64,000 nucleotides of DNA from Ginglymostoma cirratum. Lineage: Eukaryota. The stretch spans positions 10,857,693 to 10,921,692 of the forward strand of contig JAHRHZ010000092.1 in the NCBI GenBank assembly GCA_024137785.1, written 5' to 3'. The stretch's first letter is position 1. Every line of letters starts with the position of its first letter. The position numbers and the translations under genes were made by a program. The notes beneath the pieces were generated by a model that did not search any database, was not told the DNA's origin, and saw nothing but the letters and a program-made list of their open reading frames with translations. Below, in pieces: positions 1 through 11,974 of the stretch.

Positions 1-107
1 ACTCATTCTGAGGAAGGGTCACCGGACCCGAAACGTTAACTCTGTTTTCTCCTTCACAGATGCTGCCAGACCTGCTGAGCTTTTCCAGCAACTTTGTTTT
101 TGTTCCA
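1..107 (+). mobile_element. Penelope-like element terminal segment (cut by the window edge)
   Basis: Same sequence family as the PLE 3' end at 52090-52185 (gaaacgttaactctg...gacctgctgagcttttccagcaa). Confidence 0.7.
8..40 (+). ncRNA. Minimal hammerhead-ribozyme-like motif
   Basis: CUGAGGA-A-GGGUC(ACCG)GACCC-GAAA-CG-UU: intact core boxes, perfect 5-bp stem II, palindromic ACGU stem III; stem I weak in this copy. Confidence 0.6.
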
Positions 108-169
108 GCAAACTCCCTCATTCACCGTCACCGCATTCTGCTGGAGGTCCCACGGCACATTGCTTCTCT

Positions 170-490
170 TTATTCTCTCACTGGATGTGGGCATTGCGGG
201 CAAGGCCAGCCTGTGTCTTTCCCCCCATCCCCAAATGCTCCTGAACTGAATGGCTTATGTTATGTCGTCTTAGGGGCAATTAAAAGTCACATATTGACTA
301 GACTAGGTAAGTCGCAGGCTTTGCTAGACAACGGATGACAGCTTCATGGTCTAAGAACTAAAACACCAGGTTTTCATCAATGGAATTTAAATTCCACCAG
401 TCCCTGTGAGATTTGAACCCATGGCCTGCAGAATATTAGTGTGGGCCTTCTAGATTATGAGTCCAGTGACATTACCACAATGTCATCCCC
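170..490 (-). mobile_element. tRNA-derived SINE, family A (decayed)
   Basis: Reverse complement resembles the copies at 2210-2540 and 62205-62530; B-box-like GGGTTCAAATC. Confidence 0.6.
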
Positions 491-1119
491 TAGGACATTC
501 TGGGACCATGAAGAGTACTGTGGAAAGACAAGTCCTTCATTTGTGTGATGTGACAAGTTATGCTCCCAAGTAAAATGATCAGCAAATTTTTTAGAAAAGA
601 GTAGCAGTGAAACCTATGGGCCATGCATGTGCTTTATCCCCTTTGACCATAGTTTGGTAACTGGAATAAGATGGTTTGTCATGTCTGCACTTTGCAAAAC
701 AAGAGGAGAGAGAGAAAGGAATGTTAGAGTGCGTGTGTATACACGTTTGGCTGGAGAGAGCATGGGTGTTTGCGTGTGTGTGTATGAATGCCTGTGTGTT
801 TTTGTGCACATGTGAATCTGTCTAGCAGGCTATCACCTCCTGTTTGGCCCAGCTCAGTTGTGTCACGATTAATCAAACTGTCTTCATTCATCTGCAAGGG
901 CCTGCAGGCACTGGTGTTCAATCCAGGGAGTTCCATTCAGCTCATCTCCCCCTCTGGACAACGGGCCAGATTTCACCGTTTGATGTTTGCCAGCATGTCA
1001 TTCCCTTATGCAATGCAAAGGACAGGAGACAGCCAGGAGCAAGTTACAGGCTGTAATCTTGGTAAGGGCTTCAGGTCATGTATTACTCGGTGAACAGATA
1101 GCCAGGGCTGCATTACGGA

Positions 1120-1425
1120 CTGTAATAGAAACATAGAAAACTGGAGCTGGAGTAGGCCATCAAGCCCATTGAGGCTGCCCTGCTATCCGTTAATGATCTT
1201 GGCTGCTCATCCAACGCATTACCCTGTTCCCACCTGCCCTACATATTGTTTAATCCCCTCAGGGCCAAGTGCTATATCCAACTCCTTCTTGAGAACATTC
1301 AGTGTTTTGGCCTCAACCTCTTTCTGTGACAGAGGATTCCATAGGCTCTCTTCTCTCTGGGTGAAGACATTTCTCCTCATCTCAGTCCTTAAATTGCCTG
1401 GCTGTATTCTTAGAATATAACCCTG
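1120..1425 (-). mobile_element. CR1 LINE 3' fragment
   Basis: atagaaaacatagaaaa tail and 'gaggattccataggctc...ctctctgggtgaagacatttctcctcatctc', typical of the other CR1 3' ends in this window. Confidence 0.65.
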
Positions 1426-2045
1426 GTTCAGGAGGGTTTATATATAGAATAACAGATACCCAGGAGTGAGTTACAGACTGGAATCTAATCGAGGAGCTGA
1501 GGAGGTTTATATATAGAATAACAGATACCCGGGAGTGAGTTACAGACTGGAATCTAATCGAGGAGCTCAGGAGGATTTATATATAGAATAACTGATACCC
1601 AGGAGTGAGTTACAGACTGGAATCTAATCGAGGAGCTGAGGAGGTTTATATATAGAATAACAGATACCTGGGAGTGAGTTACAGACTGGAATCTAATCAA
1701 GGAGCTCAGGAAGATTTATATATAGAATAACAGATAGCTGGATGTGAGATACAGACTGGAATAATCTACTTGAGTGGTTTGAGTTTTATGTGTGGAATAA
1801 AAGACACTGGGCACTGAGTTACAGTCTGGAATCTAATTGAGGGGTTCTGGGTGGTTTATAAATACAGCAAGATGCACTGGATTGAATTACAGACTGGAAC
1901 GTAACCGTGTGGGGTGGTGTTCAGGGGTTTTTATGTAGAGCAGCAGATACCTGGGCGTGAGTTGCAGTCTGGAATCTAATCGAGGGGTTTTTAAATAGAA
2001 TAACAGATACCCCGGGAGTAAGTTACAGACAGGAACCTGATGGAT
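1425..2045 (+). repeat. ~69-70 bp tandem satellite, ~9 copies, decaying rightwards
   Basis: Unit ggaggtttatatatagaataacagatacccgggagtgagttacagactggaatctaatcgaggagctca is directly repeated. Confidence 0.95.
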
Positions 2046-2209
2046 GAGGTTGGGCAGGGGGAGGTTGAAAGCATTCCTGTGTTGTAGGTAGGGCCAGCAT
2101 TTGTTGCCCATTCCCAACTGTTTCTAAGAAAGTGGCAGTGAGCTGCCTTCCTGAACCACTGCAGTTCATTTGGTGTAGGTACACCCACAATGCTGCGAGA
2201 GAGCTGGGA

Positions 2210-2540
2210 GCATGGTGGTAGTGTCACTAAACTAACAGAACCCCTCACTATTATCCTGGGAACAGGAGTCCAAATCCCACCTTGGCAGATAGTGGAAATT
2301 TGAAATCAGGGGAACTCAAAAGTCTGGCGGCCGTTTTATGTGTTATTGTGAAAGCTCATTTGCTTCACTGATGCTCTTTAGGGGAAATAAATCCGCCATT
2401 GTTAATCTGGTCTGGCCTGCACAGGACTCCAGACCCACAGCAATGTGGCTTTTCCCTAAATGCCCTCTTGCAAGCCATTCAGTTTAGGGGCAATTAAGAA
2501 CGGGCAACAAATGCTGGCCTTGCCAGTGACACCCTGAAAT
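2210..2540 (+). mobile_element. tRNA-derived SINE, family A
   Basis: Head ggtggtagtgtcact...caaatcccacc, core ctggtctggcct...ccagacccacagcaatgtgg and tail gggcaacaaatgctggcc, shared with several other copies. Confidence 0.7.
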
Positions 2541-3044
2541 AATTTTTAAGAAAAGGGTGTAAAGGAACCAAAGATCAATAGTGCTTAAGGTTTTAGTTAC
2601 AATAAACTGGCAGCCACGCCAGGTGGGGTAGAAAGGCCTGGCGGAGTGTGGATATCGAAGAAACTGGGTGAGAATTCCTAGGGTTAGCAGGTAAGAGTGT
2701 GATTGGAGGGCAAAGTCGAAGAAGCAAAAAAGATTTCCCCCCGGAAGAAGCCTGTGGTTTCAGTTCCAGTTGGTTAAATAGTTAATGTGTTTTTATTTTG
2801 AAAGACAGATTAATTTTTAATGCCTGTTTAATGAGTGCCTTCTCTAACCCTTCTGCAGAGTGAGGGATGATGTGTGAACGGAGACTGCTCCTGGGCTTCT
2901 TCCAGCTGCTGCACAGATTGGGAATGCTACAAAAGGACAGTCTGTGTGGAAGGTGGTGCTTGTTGCTGCCCTCTGTCTAAACCCTCAGCAAGGCACACAA
3001 AAGCCTGCACTAGCTGACACATGACTGACTCACGGTACTTCCGA

Positions 3045-3240
3045 GGAGAGAGCGAGAACTGCCGATGCTGGAGTAAGAGTCGGTGCAGTGTGGAGCTGGA
3101 GGGACACGGCAGGTCAGGCAGCATCAGGGGAGCAGGAAAGTCGATGTTTCGGGTTTCATGAAGGGTGTAAACCCGAATGTCGACTCTCCTGCTTCCCCTG
3201 ATGCTGCCTGACTTGCTGCGTTCCTCCAGCTCCACACTGT
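3045..3240. mobile_element. Fold-back (palindromic) PLE-terminal insert
   Basis: cagtgtggagctggagg...gcatcaggggagcagg mirrored by cctgcttcccctgatgctgcc...cctccagctccacactg; degraded hammerhead-like centre. Confidence 0.75.
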
Positions 3241-3696
3241 TTTGGGTGGTGGGGGGAAGTCCTCTGTCACCTCCTGTATCTTGGTGGTGAACGAAGGAAC
3301 TGTGCATGAGGTTTCTGCATTTAGATAGCACCTCGCAGGATCAACTCAGACCGATCCATCCACCACTCGGCCAGTCACTGAAGAGTGGGGACTCTTGTTG
3401 AAGAGGACATAAAATGCTGCAGCACGCAATGAGGTCATTCAGCCCTTCATGTTTACTCTGGTTCTATCCCCAGACAATCCACCTAGTCCCACTGCCCCAG
3501 TTTAACTCCCAGAACCTGCAGATTCTTTCCCTTCATACAATGATCCAATTCCTTTTAGAAAACCTGCCTTCACCACCAGCAATTCTGAATCCTATTCACT
3601 TGCTGCATACAAAACATTTTTGCTCAGTTTGCTATTGCTTCCTTGGCCAATCACCTGAAATATCCAAAACAGGGCACTATTTCTCCCTGTCTCCTT

Positions 3697-6082
3697 AGAG
3701 TCATAGAGATGTACAGCACGGAAACAGACTCTTCAGTCAAACCCATCCATGCCAACAAAAAATCCTAAATTAATCTAGTGCCATTTGCCAGCATTTGGCC
3801 CATATCCCTCTAAACCCTTCCTATTCATGTACCCATCCAGATGCCTTTTAAATGTTGTAATTGTACCAGCCTCCACCTCTTCCTCTGGCAGCTCATTCCA
3901 TCCATGCACCACCCTCTGTGTGAAAATGTTGTCCCTTAGGTCCCTTTTATACCTTTCCCTTCCCATCTTAAACCTATGTCCCTCTAGTTCTGGACTCCCC
4001 GATCCTGGGAAAAAGACCTTGGTTATTCGCCCTATCCATGCCCCTCATGATTTTATAAGCCTCTATAAGCCTCCGACGCTCCAAGAAAATAGCCCAGAAT
4101 ATTCAGTATCTCCCTAAAGCAAACCCTCCAACCCTGGCAACATCCTTCTAAATCTTTTCTGAACCCTTCCAAGTTTCACAACATCCTTTCTATAGGAGGG
4201 AGACCAGAATTGCAGTTAGTATTCCAAAGTGGCCTAACCAATGTCCTGTACAGCCACAACATGACCTCCCAACTCCTATACTCAATGCAAGTGTGCCAAA
4301 TGCCTTTTTCACTACCGTGTTTACCTGTGACTCCACCTTCAAGGAACTGTGAACCTGCACTCCAAAGTCTCTTCGTTTAGCAACACTCCCCAGGACATTA
4401 CCATTAAGTGTACAAGTCCTGCCCTAATTTGCCTTTCCAAAGTGCAGCACCTCACATTTATTTAAATTAAACCCCATCTGCCATTCTTCAGCACATTTGC
4501 CTATCTAATCAAGGTCCCATCGAACTCTGGAGTAACCCTCTTCACTGTCCATTACACCAAGTTTGGTGTCATTTGCAAACTTATTAACCATACCTCCAAT
4601 GTTTACATCCGAATCATTTATGTAAATAACGAGAAGCAGTGGACCCAGCACCGATCCTTGTGGCACACTGCTGGTCACAGGCCTCCAGTCTGAAAAACAA
4701 CCCTCCACCACCACCCTCTGACTCCTACCTTTGAGTTCTGTATCCAAATTGCTAGTTCTCCCTGTATTCCATGTGCTGTAAGCTTGCTAATCAGTCTACC
4801 ATGAGGAACCTTGTCGAATGCCTTACTGAGGTCCATATCGATCATGTCCACCGTTCAGTCTCATTCAATCCTCTGTGTCATCTCTTCAAAAAACTCAATC
4901 ATATTGGTGAGACATGATTTCCCACACACAAAACCATGTTGACTATCCCTAATCAGTCCTTGCCTTTCCAAATACATGTAAATCCTGTCCCTTAGGATTC
5001 CTTCCAACAACTTGCCCATCACCGATTTCAGGGTCACTGGTCTGTAGTTCCCTGGTTTTTCCTTACCACCTTTCTTAAATAGTGGCATCACATTTGCCAA
5101 CCTCCAGTCTTCCGGGTCCTCACCTGTGGCAATCGATGGTACAAATATCTCAGTAAGGGCCCCAGCAATCATTTCCCTAGCTTCCCACAGAGTTCTAGGA
5201 TACACCTGATCAGGTCCCAGGAATTTATTCACCTTTATGCATTTTAAGACATCCAGCATCTCCTTCTCTCTAATATGGACGTTTTTCAAGATGTCACTAT
5301 TTATTTCCCCAAGTTGTATAGCTTCTATATCTTTCTCCACAGTAAACACTGTTGCAAAATATTCGTTTAGTATCTCCCCCATCTCCATATAGTGGCCTGG
5401 CTGATCTTTAAGGGGCCCTATTCGCTCCCTAATTACTGTTTTGTCCTTAATGTATTTGTAGAATCCCTTTGGATTCTCCTTAACCCTATTTGCCAAAGTT
5501 ATTTCATGTCCCCTTTCTGCCCCCCTGATTTCCCTCTGAAGTATATACTCCTACTGCGTTTGTACTCTTCTATGGATTCACTTGATCCCTGCTGTCTATA
5601 TCCGACATATGTTTCCTTCTTTTTCTTGATCAAACCCTCAATTTCTCATCATCCAGCATTCCCTATACCTAATAAAAACCAAAAGAACTGCGGATGCTGT
5701 AAATCAGGAACAAAAACAAACTTTGTTTTTGTTCCCTATACCTACCAGCCTTGCCCTTCCCCCTAACAGGAACATACTGCCTCTGGGCTCTTGTTATCCT
5801 ATTTTTGAAGGCTTCCCATTTTCCAGCCGTCCCTTTACCTGTGAACATCCGCGCACCCCACCCCCTCAATCAACTTTTGAAACTTCTTGCCTAATACCGT
5901 CAAAATTGGCCTTCCTCTGATTTAGAACCTTAACTTTTAGATCTCGTCTATCCTTTTCCTTTACTATCTTAAAACTAATAGAATTATGGTGACTTGGCCC
6001 AAAGTGGTCCCCCACTGACACCTCAGTCATCTGCCCTGCCTTATTTCCCAAGAGTAGGTCAGGTTTTGCTCCTTCTCTAGTG
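3697..6082 (-). mobile_element. 5'-truncated, frameshifted CR1 (HER1-like) LINE with RT fragments, inserted in an older CR1
   Basis: ORFs contain WRLANVMPLFKKGGKEKPGNYRPV, SQHGF...KSCLTN, VPQGSVLGPLLLVIYIND, KFANDTK and FFTQRVV-like motifs. Confidence 0.92.
5672..5731. mobile_element. 60-bp hairpin mini-insert with 13-bp TSD
   Basis: TSD ttccctataccta at 5659-5671 and 5732-5744; hairpin ggaacaaaaacaaa-c-tttgtttttgttcc. Confidence 0.85.
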
Positions 6083-6254
6083 ATTCATAACAATTAGATC
6101 AAATCTCCTCTTGATCTTTTTCTCTTCTCTAAGAAGAACAGCCCCAGCTTCTCTAATCTATCTGTGTAGCTGAGGTTTCTGACCCCTGCACTGTTCCTGT
6201 CAATCTATTCTGAGTATTTTCTAGTTGCCTACATACCCTTCCCAAAGTGGAGTA

Positions 6255-6510
6255 GACTTAGACTCCCTACGGTGTGGAAACAGGCCCTTTGGCCCAACAA
6301 GTCCACACTGATTCTCACAGCATCCCACCCAACCCCCTACAGCCCACCAAATCTACACATCCCTGGTCACTATGGGACAATTTCCCATGGCCAATCCACC
6401 TAACCTGCACATCTTTGGACTGTGGGAGGAATCCGAAGCACCCAAAGGAAACACACACAGGCACAGGGAGACTGTGCAAACTCCACACAGACAGCCACCG
6501 TGCCGCCCCA
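6255..6510 (-). mobile_element. HE1-type V-SINE, internally deleted
   Basis: V-domain tgtggagtttgcac...gggtgcttcggattcctcccacagtccaaagatgtgcagg on minus; most of the tRNA head is missing. Confidence 0.8.
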
Positions 6511-6837
6511 TGAACTGCCACCGTACTGAGAACTAGATTGAGAACTCCGGTTAAACCGAACCAATGCATTATACAAGTTGCTGGGTGAGGTGGCCAGTTT
6601 AGTCTAACTTAGATGCTACCAGTCCAAACCCATACACACAGGGCACCATCTGGATAAACCCAGGACAAATAGCAGGCTTTCAACAGTCACAACTCACTCT
6701 TAGCCTGTAATTTTGACACATTCAAAGCATACTCTTGTTCTGTAAGGGGTCTGAGGACCCTGCAACAACCTTGCAATGATGTGATGATGGAGCTGCACAT
6801 CACTGATCAGAAAGAGTTGGAACAGTACTACACAACT

Positions 6838-7147
6838 GGGCAGCATGGTGGCTCAGTGGTTAACACTGCTGCCTCACAGCACCAGGGACCTGGGTTCGAT
6901 TCCATCCTCAGGCAACTGTCTATGTGTAGTTTGCATGTTCTCCCCATGTCTGCATGGGTTTCCTCTGGGTGCTCCAGTTTCCTCCCACAGTCCAAAGATG
7001 TGCCGGCTAGGTGGACTGGCCGTGCTAAATTGCCTGTAGTGTTCAGGGATGTGTAGATTAGGTGGGTTTATAGGGGAATGGGCCCAGGTGGGATGCCCTA
7101 TGGGTCAGTGTGGACTTGTTGGGCCGAAGGGCCTGTTTCCACACTAC
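6838..7147 (+). mobile_element. HE1-type V-SINE, near full length
   Basis: A box TGGCTCAGTGG, B box GGTTCGATTCC, V-domain, and CR1-like tail gggccgaagggcctgtttccacact. Confidence 0.88.
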
Positions 7148-7270
7148 AATAGACTAAGACTTTAAAGAATATTAAGAGCATGTGGGCATTAACACAAATA
7201 AGTTAAATTAGTGCTTAAAGATTAAATTGTAAAGATTAAAGCCTAGTATATCAATGGTTACCATGGTCAG

Positions 7271-7941
7271 TGTTATGGAGTAGACCAGACCCCCTCAAAA
7301 TATATTAAAATGGTAGCCTAGACCCTAACTTTTTCTTATTTTAAAGGTAAATATCAGGCACTGTGTTCCAGATGCAATTCGATTCGTCAAACTACTCGAT
7401 ATTAAGGGAAACATAATTTATTCAAACACTATAGTTAAAATACAACAAAAGAAAGGGGAACTTGGAATAATTTAACTTTATCGAAAAATTTAACAGTATG
7501 ATAGATTATTTTACAACTAAACAGTGACTGTTTCAATATAGCAACATCCCATAACCACACACCTGGCAAAAGGTCAATTCAGAAAACAAAATTGGCTCAC
7601 ATGCATCCCCAGCGGCCCCAGAAGTAAAACATCCAGAGAAAACTCAAAAAGTGAATGTAGAAGCCAGGAGATATTCACTGCCTTCCAACCCTTCTGAAAC
7701 CCCAGCGACAACTGCTGCTAAAAAGAACTAAAAATCCTGGTTCTGTGAGAGCTCCACTCCACCCATTCAGGCTGCTTCTATTGTTTCAACTTTATAAAAG
7801 AACCACCCCCACCCCCACCACTCCGGTCTCACAAGCTGTTTAGTGGTTTTGGTAGACTGCTCTGTGCCTCTGACTTAAAACCTCTCTTCAAAAAAAAAAA
7901 CCCAGGTCAAAATAACATTGTAAAGCAACGACATAGTCACA
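7271..7941 (-). mobile_element. Probable solo LTR (~670 bp)
   Basis: Begins TGTTA, ends TCACA; imperfect 4-bp TSD tcag/acag; AATAAA on minus near 7420. Confidence 0.6.
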
Positions 7942-8130
7942 ACAGCAGTATTTAGAATTAAAGTAAAATAAACAGTGGTGGTTTGAAGTCTAAGCATGAA
8001 GAAACATTCTGACCTTACCAACTCCATGACCAAACTGTCATGAAGCCAAACTGATAGCGTGACACTAAACCAAGTGGTAGAAGACTTTGGTACTCGACAA
8101 TATTCTGTCTGGTATTTTTAAAAAAAAAAT

Positions 8131-8455
8131 TCATGGGATGTGGATGTCACTGGTTAGGCCAGCACTTATTGCTAAGCCCTAATCGCCCAGAGGGCAGTTA
8201 AGAGTCTGTGGGCCTGGAGTCACATGTAGGCCAGACCAAGTAAGGATGGCAGATTTCCTTCCCTAAAGGACGTCAGTGAACCAGATGGGTTTGTACAACA
8301 ACCAACAGTGGTCACTATCAAGCCAACTCGTTTTATTTGTTTCCCCATTGAATTCAAATTTCTGTCATGGTCAGATTTGAGTCCATGTCTGCAGAACATG
8401 AATCTGGACCCCTGGATTACTATGCCTAAGACAATGCCACTAAGCCAGCATCTTC
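8131..8455 (-). mobile_element. tRNA-derived SINE, family A
   Basis: ctggagtcacatgtaggccagaccaagtaaggatggcagatttccttccctaaaggac core. Confidence 0.75.
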
Positions 8456-8884
8456 CATAGGCTTAGTATTGCTGTAGCCATGTTTTGAAGGATCACAGGC
8501 CCACAAGGGACCAGCTGCAGGAAGACCTGTCCTGGTTATAGATACTCACTCAGCAACGATGGCAAGATCAGCCAATGAGAGAAGCTCAGATTCCTAATTG
8601 GTTTAATAGCCCCTCATGAACATTTCTGGGTCAGATGACTGTACCTGCCAAGGATGGTCTGATCAGAACCATACTGAACCAGACTGAATGTCATGCTCAA
8701 TTTATTCCTACCTGTGTCATTGACTGGTATTGGTACTGACCATTCAAAATCAAACCCTGGTGAGTGAGAAGCCAGGGAAAGCGAAGATCCTAGTGTTGTC
8801 CCAATGCCAGTGTTGCATCAGCGTATGCACTGGAGAAGGCAGTGTCGTTTTAAAAGCAAGATTCATGCTATATCTATGTTAGTA

Positions 8885-9105
8885 AGTCAAAATACTGTGG
8901 ATGCTGAAAATCTGAAGTGCAGGAGAACCTCAGCAGGTCTGGCAGTATTTATGGAGAGAGAAAGAGTTAATGTTTCAAGTCCAGTGTGACTTCTTCTCAG
9001 AGCACGAAAAATACTAGACTTGAAACATTAACTCTTGTCTTTTCTCTCTTTGTCTCTCCATGATACTGCCAGACCTGCTGAGATTCTCCATCATTCTGTG
9101 CTTGC
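8885..9105. mobile_element. Older fold-back PLE-terminal insert
   Basis: ctcagcaggtctggcagta...agagttaatgtttcaagtc mirrored by gacttgaaacattaactct...tactgccagacctgctgag; possible TSD agtaagtcaa/agtaagacaa. Confidence 0.75.
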
Positions 9106-9979
9106 AACAGTAAGACAAGTATGTGTTTGTGAGAAGATTACTGTGATAACCTCATAGCACAATAGAAGCATTAATGTTTGTGAAGACAGTTTCATTACTT
9201 CTGTTTCTGGCACGCATTAATGATTTACTTTAAAAAATAACAATGAAAGAAATTTAATGCAAATAAATTTATTACATTCAGCAGTGAAAGGAACAAAATA
9301 TTTATAATTTCCACAAGACCCCATTAATTCTGATGAGTTTTGCTTTGTAGTGATAAGCGAAAACAAGTGAGAAATTAGAATTAAGTTTTATTGTCACATG
9401 CCCTCGAGTATAGGGAAATATGAATACAGTGAAAATCGTACAACGTTGCCGTTTCCGGCGCCATCTTACATACAAAGGTGCTTAGGTATAAATCTTAGGT
9501 ATAAATTCGAAAAATAAGTAAATAGAGTTAAAAGTTCAGCACTACAGTCTTTCTAAAGTGGAGAAAAAGAGAGGATAAATAAAAGCAGACAAGTTTGCGC
9601 TGGGGTTAACTATGCTGAGGTACAATGATGAGCTGTGCTCTTGTGGTGCAGTGGCAGGGCCCAGTGCCAGGAGAGCTCAGTTCAAGTCCCTTCTGCTCCA
9701 GGGTGTTGTGACAATATTTCTGAACAGGTTGATCAAAGTAACATTCTCCCATCATTGTTACAGTGCAAGGGCTCCCTCTGGTGTGTGTGTACAATAAAGT
9801 GCACCCCTTTCAGCAACAGCAAAGAAATGCATTTAAATAGCACCATTAGAACAGTTTAAAAAGACATTCCAAGGTGTATTGCATGTTCATTATCAAACAA
9901 AATGTAGCACCGAACCTCACAGAGAGATCTTTGGATCAGGTAAGCAAAACCTTAGTTAAAGGGGTTGCTTTGAGGGAGG

Positions 9980-10621
9980 TAACGAGGTGTGGAGCTGGAT
10001 GAACACAGCAGGCCAAGCAGCATCAGAGGAGCAGGAAGGCTGACGTTTAGGGCTGAGACCCTTCTTCAGAAAGGGTCTAGGCCTGAAACGTCAGCNNNNN
10101 NNNNNNNNNNNNNNNNNNNNNNNNNNNNNNNNNNNNNNNNNNNNNNNNNNNNNNNNNNNNNNNNNNNNNNNNNNNNNNNNNNNNNNNNNNNNNNNNNNNN
10201 NNNNNNNNNNNNNNNNNNNNNNNNNNNNNNNNNNNNNNNNNNNNNNNNNNNNNNNNNNNNNNNNNNNNNNNNNNNNNNNNNNNNNNNNNNNNNNNNNNNN
10301 NNNNNNNNNNNNNNNNNNNNNNNNNNNNNNNNNNNNNNNNNNNNNNNNNNNNNNNNNNNNNNNNNNNNNNNNNNNNNNNNNNNNNNNNNNNNNNNNNNNN
10401 NNNNNNNNNNNNNNNNNNNNNNNNNNNNNNNNNNNNNNNNNNNNNNNNNNNNNNNNNNNNNNNNNNNNNNNNNNNNNNNNNNNNNNNNNNNNNNNTCAGA
10501 AAGGGTCTAGGCCTGAAACGTCAGCCTTCCTGCTCCTCTGATGCTGCCTGGCCTGCTGTGTTCATCCAGCTCCACACCATGTTATCTCAGATTCTCCAGC
10601 ATCTGCAGTTCCTACTATCTC
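9980..10621. mobile_element. Young fold-back PLE-terminal insert with 14-bp TSD, spanning an assembly gap
   Basis: TSD tgctttgagggagg at 9966-9979 and 10622-10635; arms are near-perfect reverse complements. Confidence 0.88.
10096..10495. other. Assembly gap (400 N)
   Basis: Run of N. Confidence 1.
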
Positions 10622-11974
10622 TGCTTTGAGGGAGGAGATGGTTAGAGAATTTTAAGCAGGGTATTTTAGAACTCAGGGTCCATGCAGCTATGACAGAATG
10701 GGCACCAGTAGTGGAGCAATGAAAATGAAGGATGTGTCAAGTGGGCAGAATTGGACGAATGCAGAAAGACATGAGAGCTGTTGGGTGGAGCGTTACAGAG
10801 GTAGAAAGGAGAGAGGCTACAGAGAGGTTTGAACACGAGGATGAGAATTTTAGGATAAGAAGGTGGTACTGGAACTGGAGCCAATACAGACCAGCAAGAC
10901 CAGGGAAGAAATGAGAATCAGAATTGGTGAGATTTAGAAAGCAGAAAGCAGAATTTTGATTGAGCTGAAGTTTACAGAGGGAGAGGAATGTTGGGATGTT
11001 GCCCCTTGTAGGAGCCAGAGGAATAACTTAAATGATTTATTTTGCACTGTTTGTCAGCAGCTTTCTTGCCTTTTGTTCAGGATTCCCATCAAACTCCCAG
11101 CAGAAATTGGCCAATGAGAAATCAATCCAGAACAACAGCAAATAGCTTGTACTTATTATAGCATTTTCAAGGCATGTCACAGACTACAAAAGTGGTGAAA
11201 AGATTGATCAAAATTGGTTTTAAGGAACAAGAGGGAGATGAAGCCGTTTAGGGAGGGACATAGGATTCTGATGGAGGTAAGAAAGGTGGGAGGGATACTG
11301 AAGAGACAAGTTGTAGCGTTCAGTGATGGATGTGGAGCTGGGGGAAAGTTGGAGAAACAGGGAGAGGTGAGATTTTGAAGGGAGCTAATTTTGAAGTGAA
11401 GGTGTTGCCAGGAATGGAAGCCAATGTTGGTCAACAAGTGTAGGGGTGATGAATAAAGAGGAGGGGTAACAGATAGCGAGGTGAGTTGCAGGTCATTGGG
11501 ATGAGATGACAGGAAATGAGATGGAGTAGGTCGCTTGTCAGTGATGAGGAAATGGGACTGAAAGTCATATAGGAGATTGAGACTGGGCATTGAGGGAAAT
11601 GGAGTTAACTGTGATGGCATGGAGCCTGTGACAGGGAGGTAAAAACAAAGGCTTTGGTGTTCCCAATATTTAACTGGAGGACATTATGCAGCATACATCC
11701 TTGGACAGACACCATCAACAATGGAAGGGTCAGGAAAGATATTGAAGAGACAGAGCTGAGGGTCATCACCAGCCTTGTGATTTGTCACTAAATTGGGGTG
11801 GGGTTGGGGTTTTGGGAGGAGGAGGGGTGCCAGTGTTATTATGATCACTGTCTTGAAGGACTCCAGAGGTAACTTTGGAGGAACTAGAAGAGTGAGATAC
11901 GTTAAGTTGCAGAAGGAACCTGTTCAGTCCTTGCCTTCTCTGTAGACAGTCACCCATTGCCTTTGATTAGAAAC

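Noticed and set aside
1425-2045. CRISPR-like array
   Set aside because: Units are repeated along their whole length with no unique spacers; vertebrate context and no cas genes.
6838-6910. tRNA gene
   Set aside because: The A/B boxes belong to a SINE head that continues into the V-domain.
9989-10510. 173-aa ORF
   Set aside because: Artefact of translating Ns.
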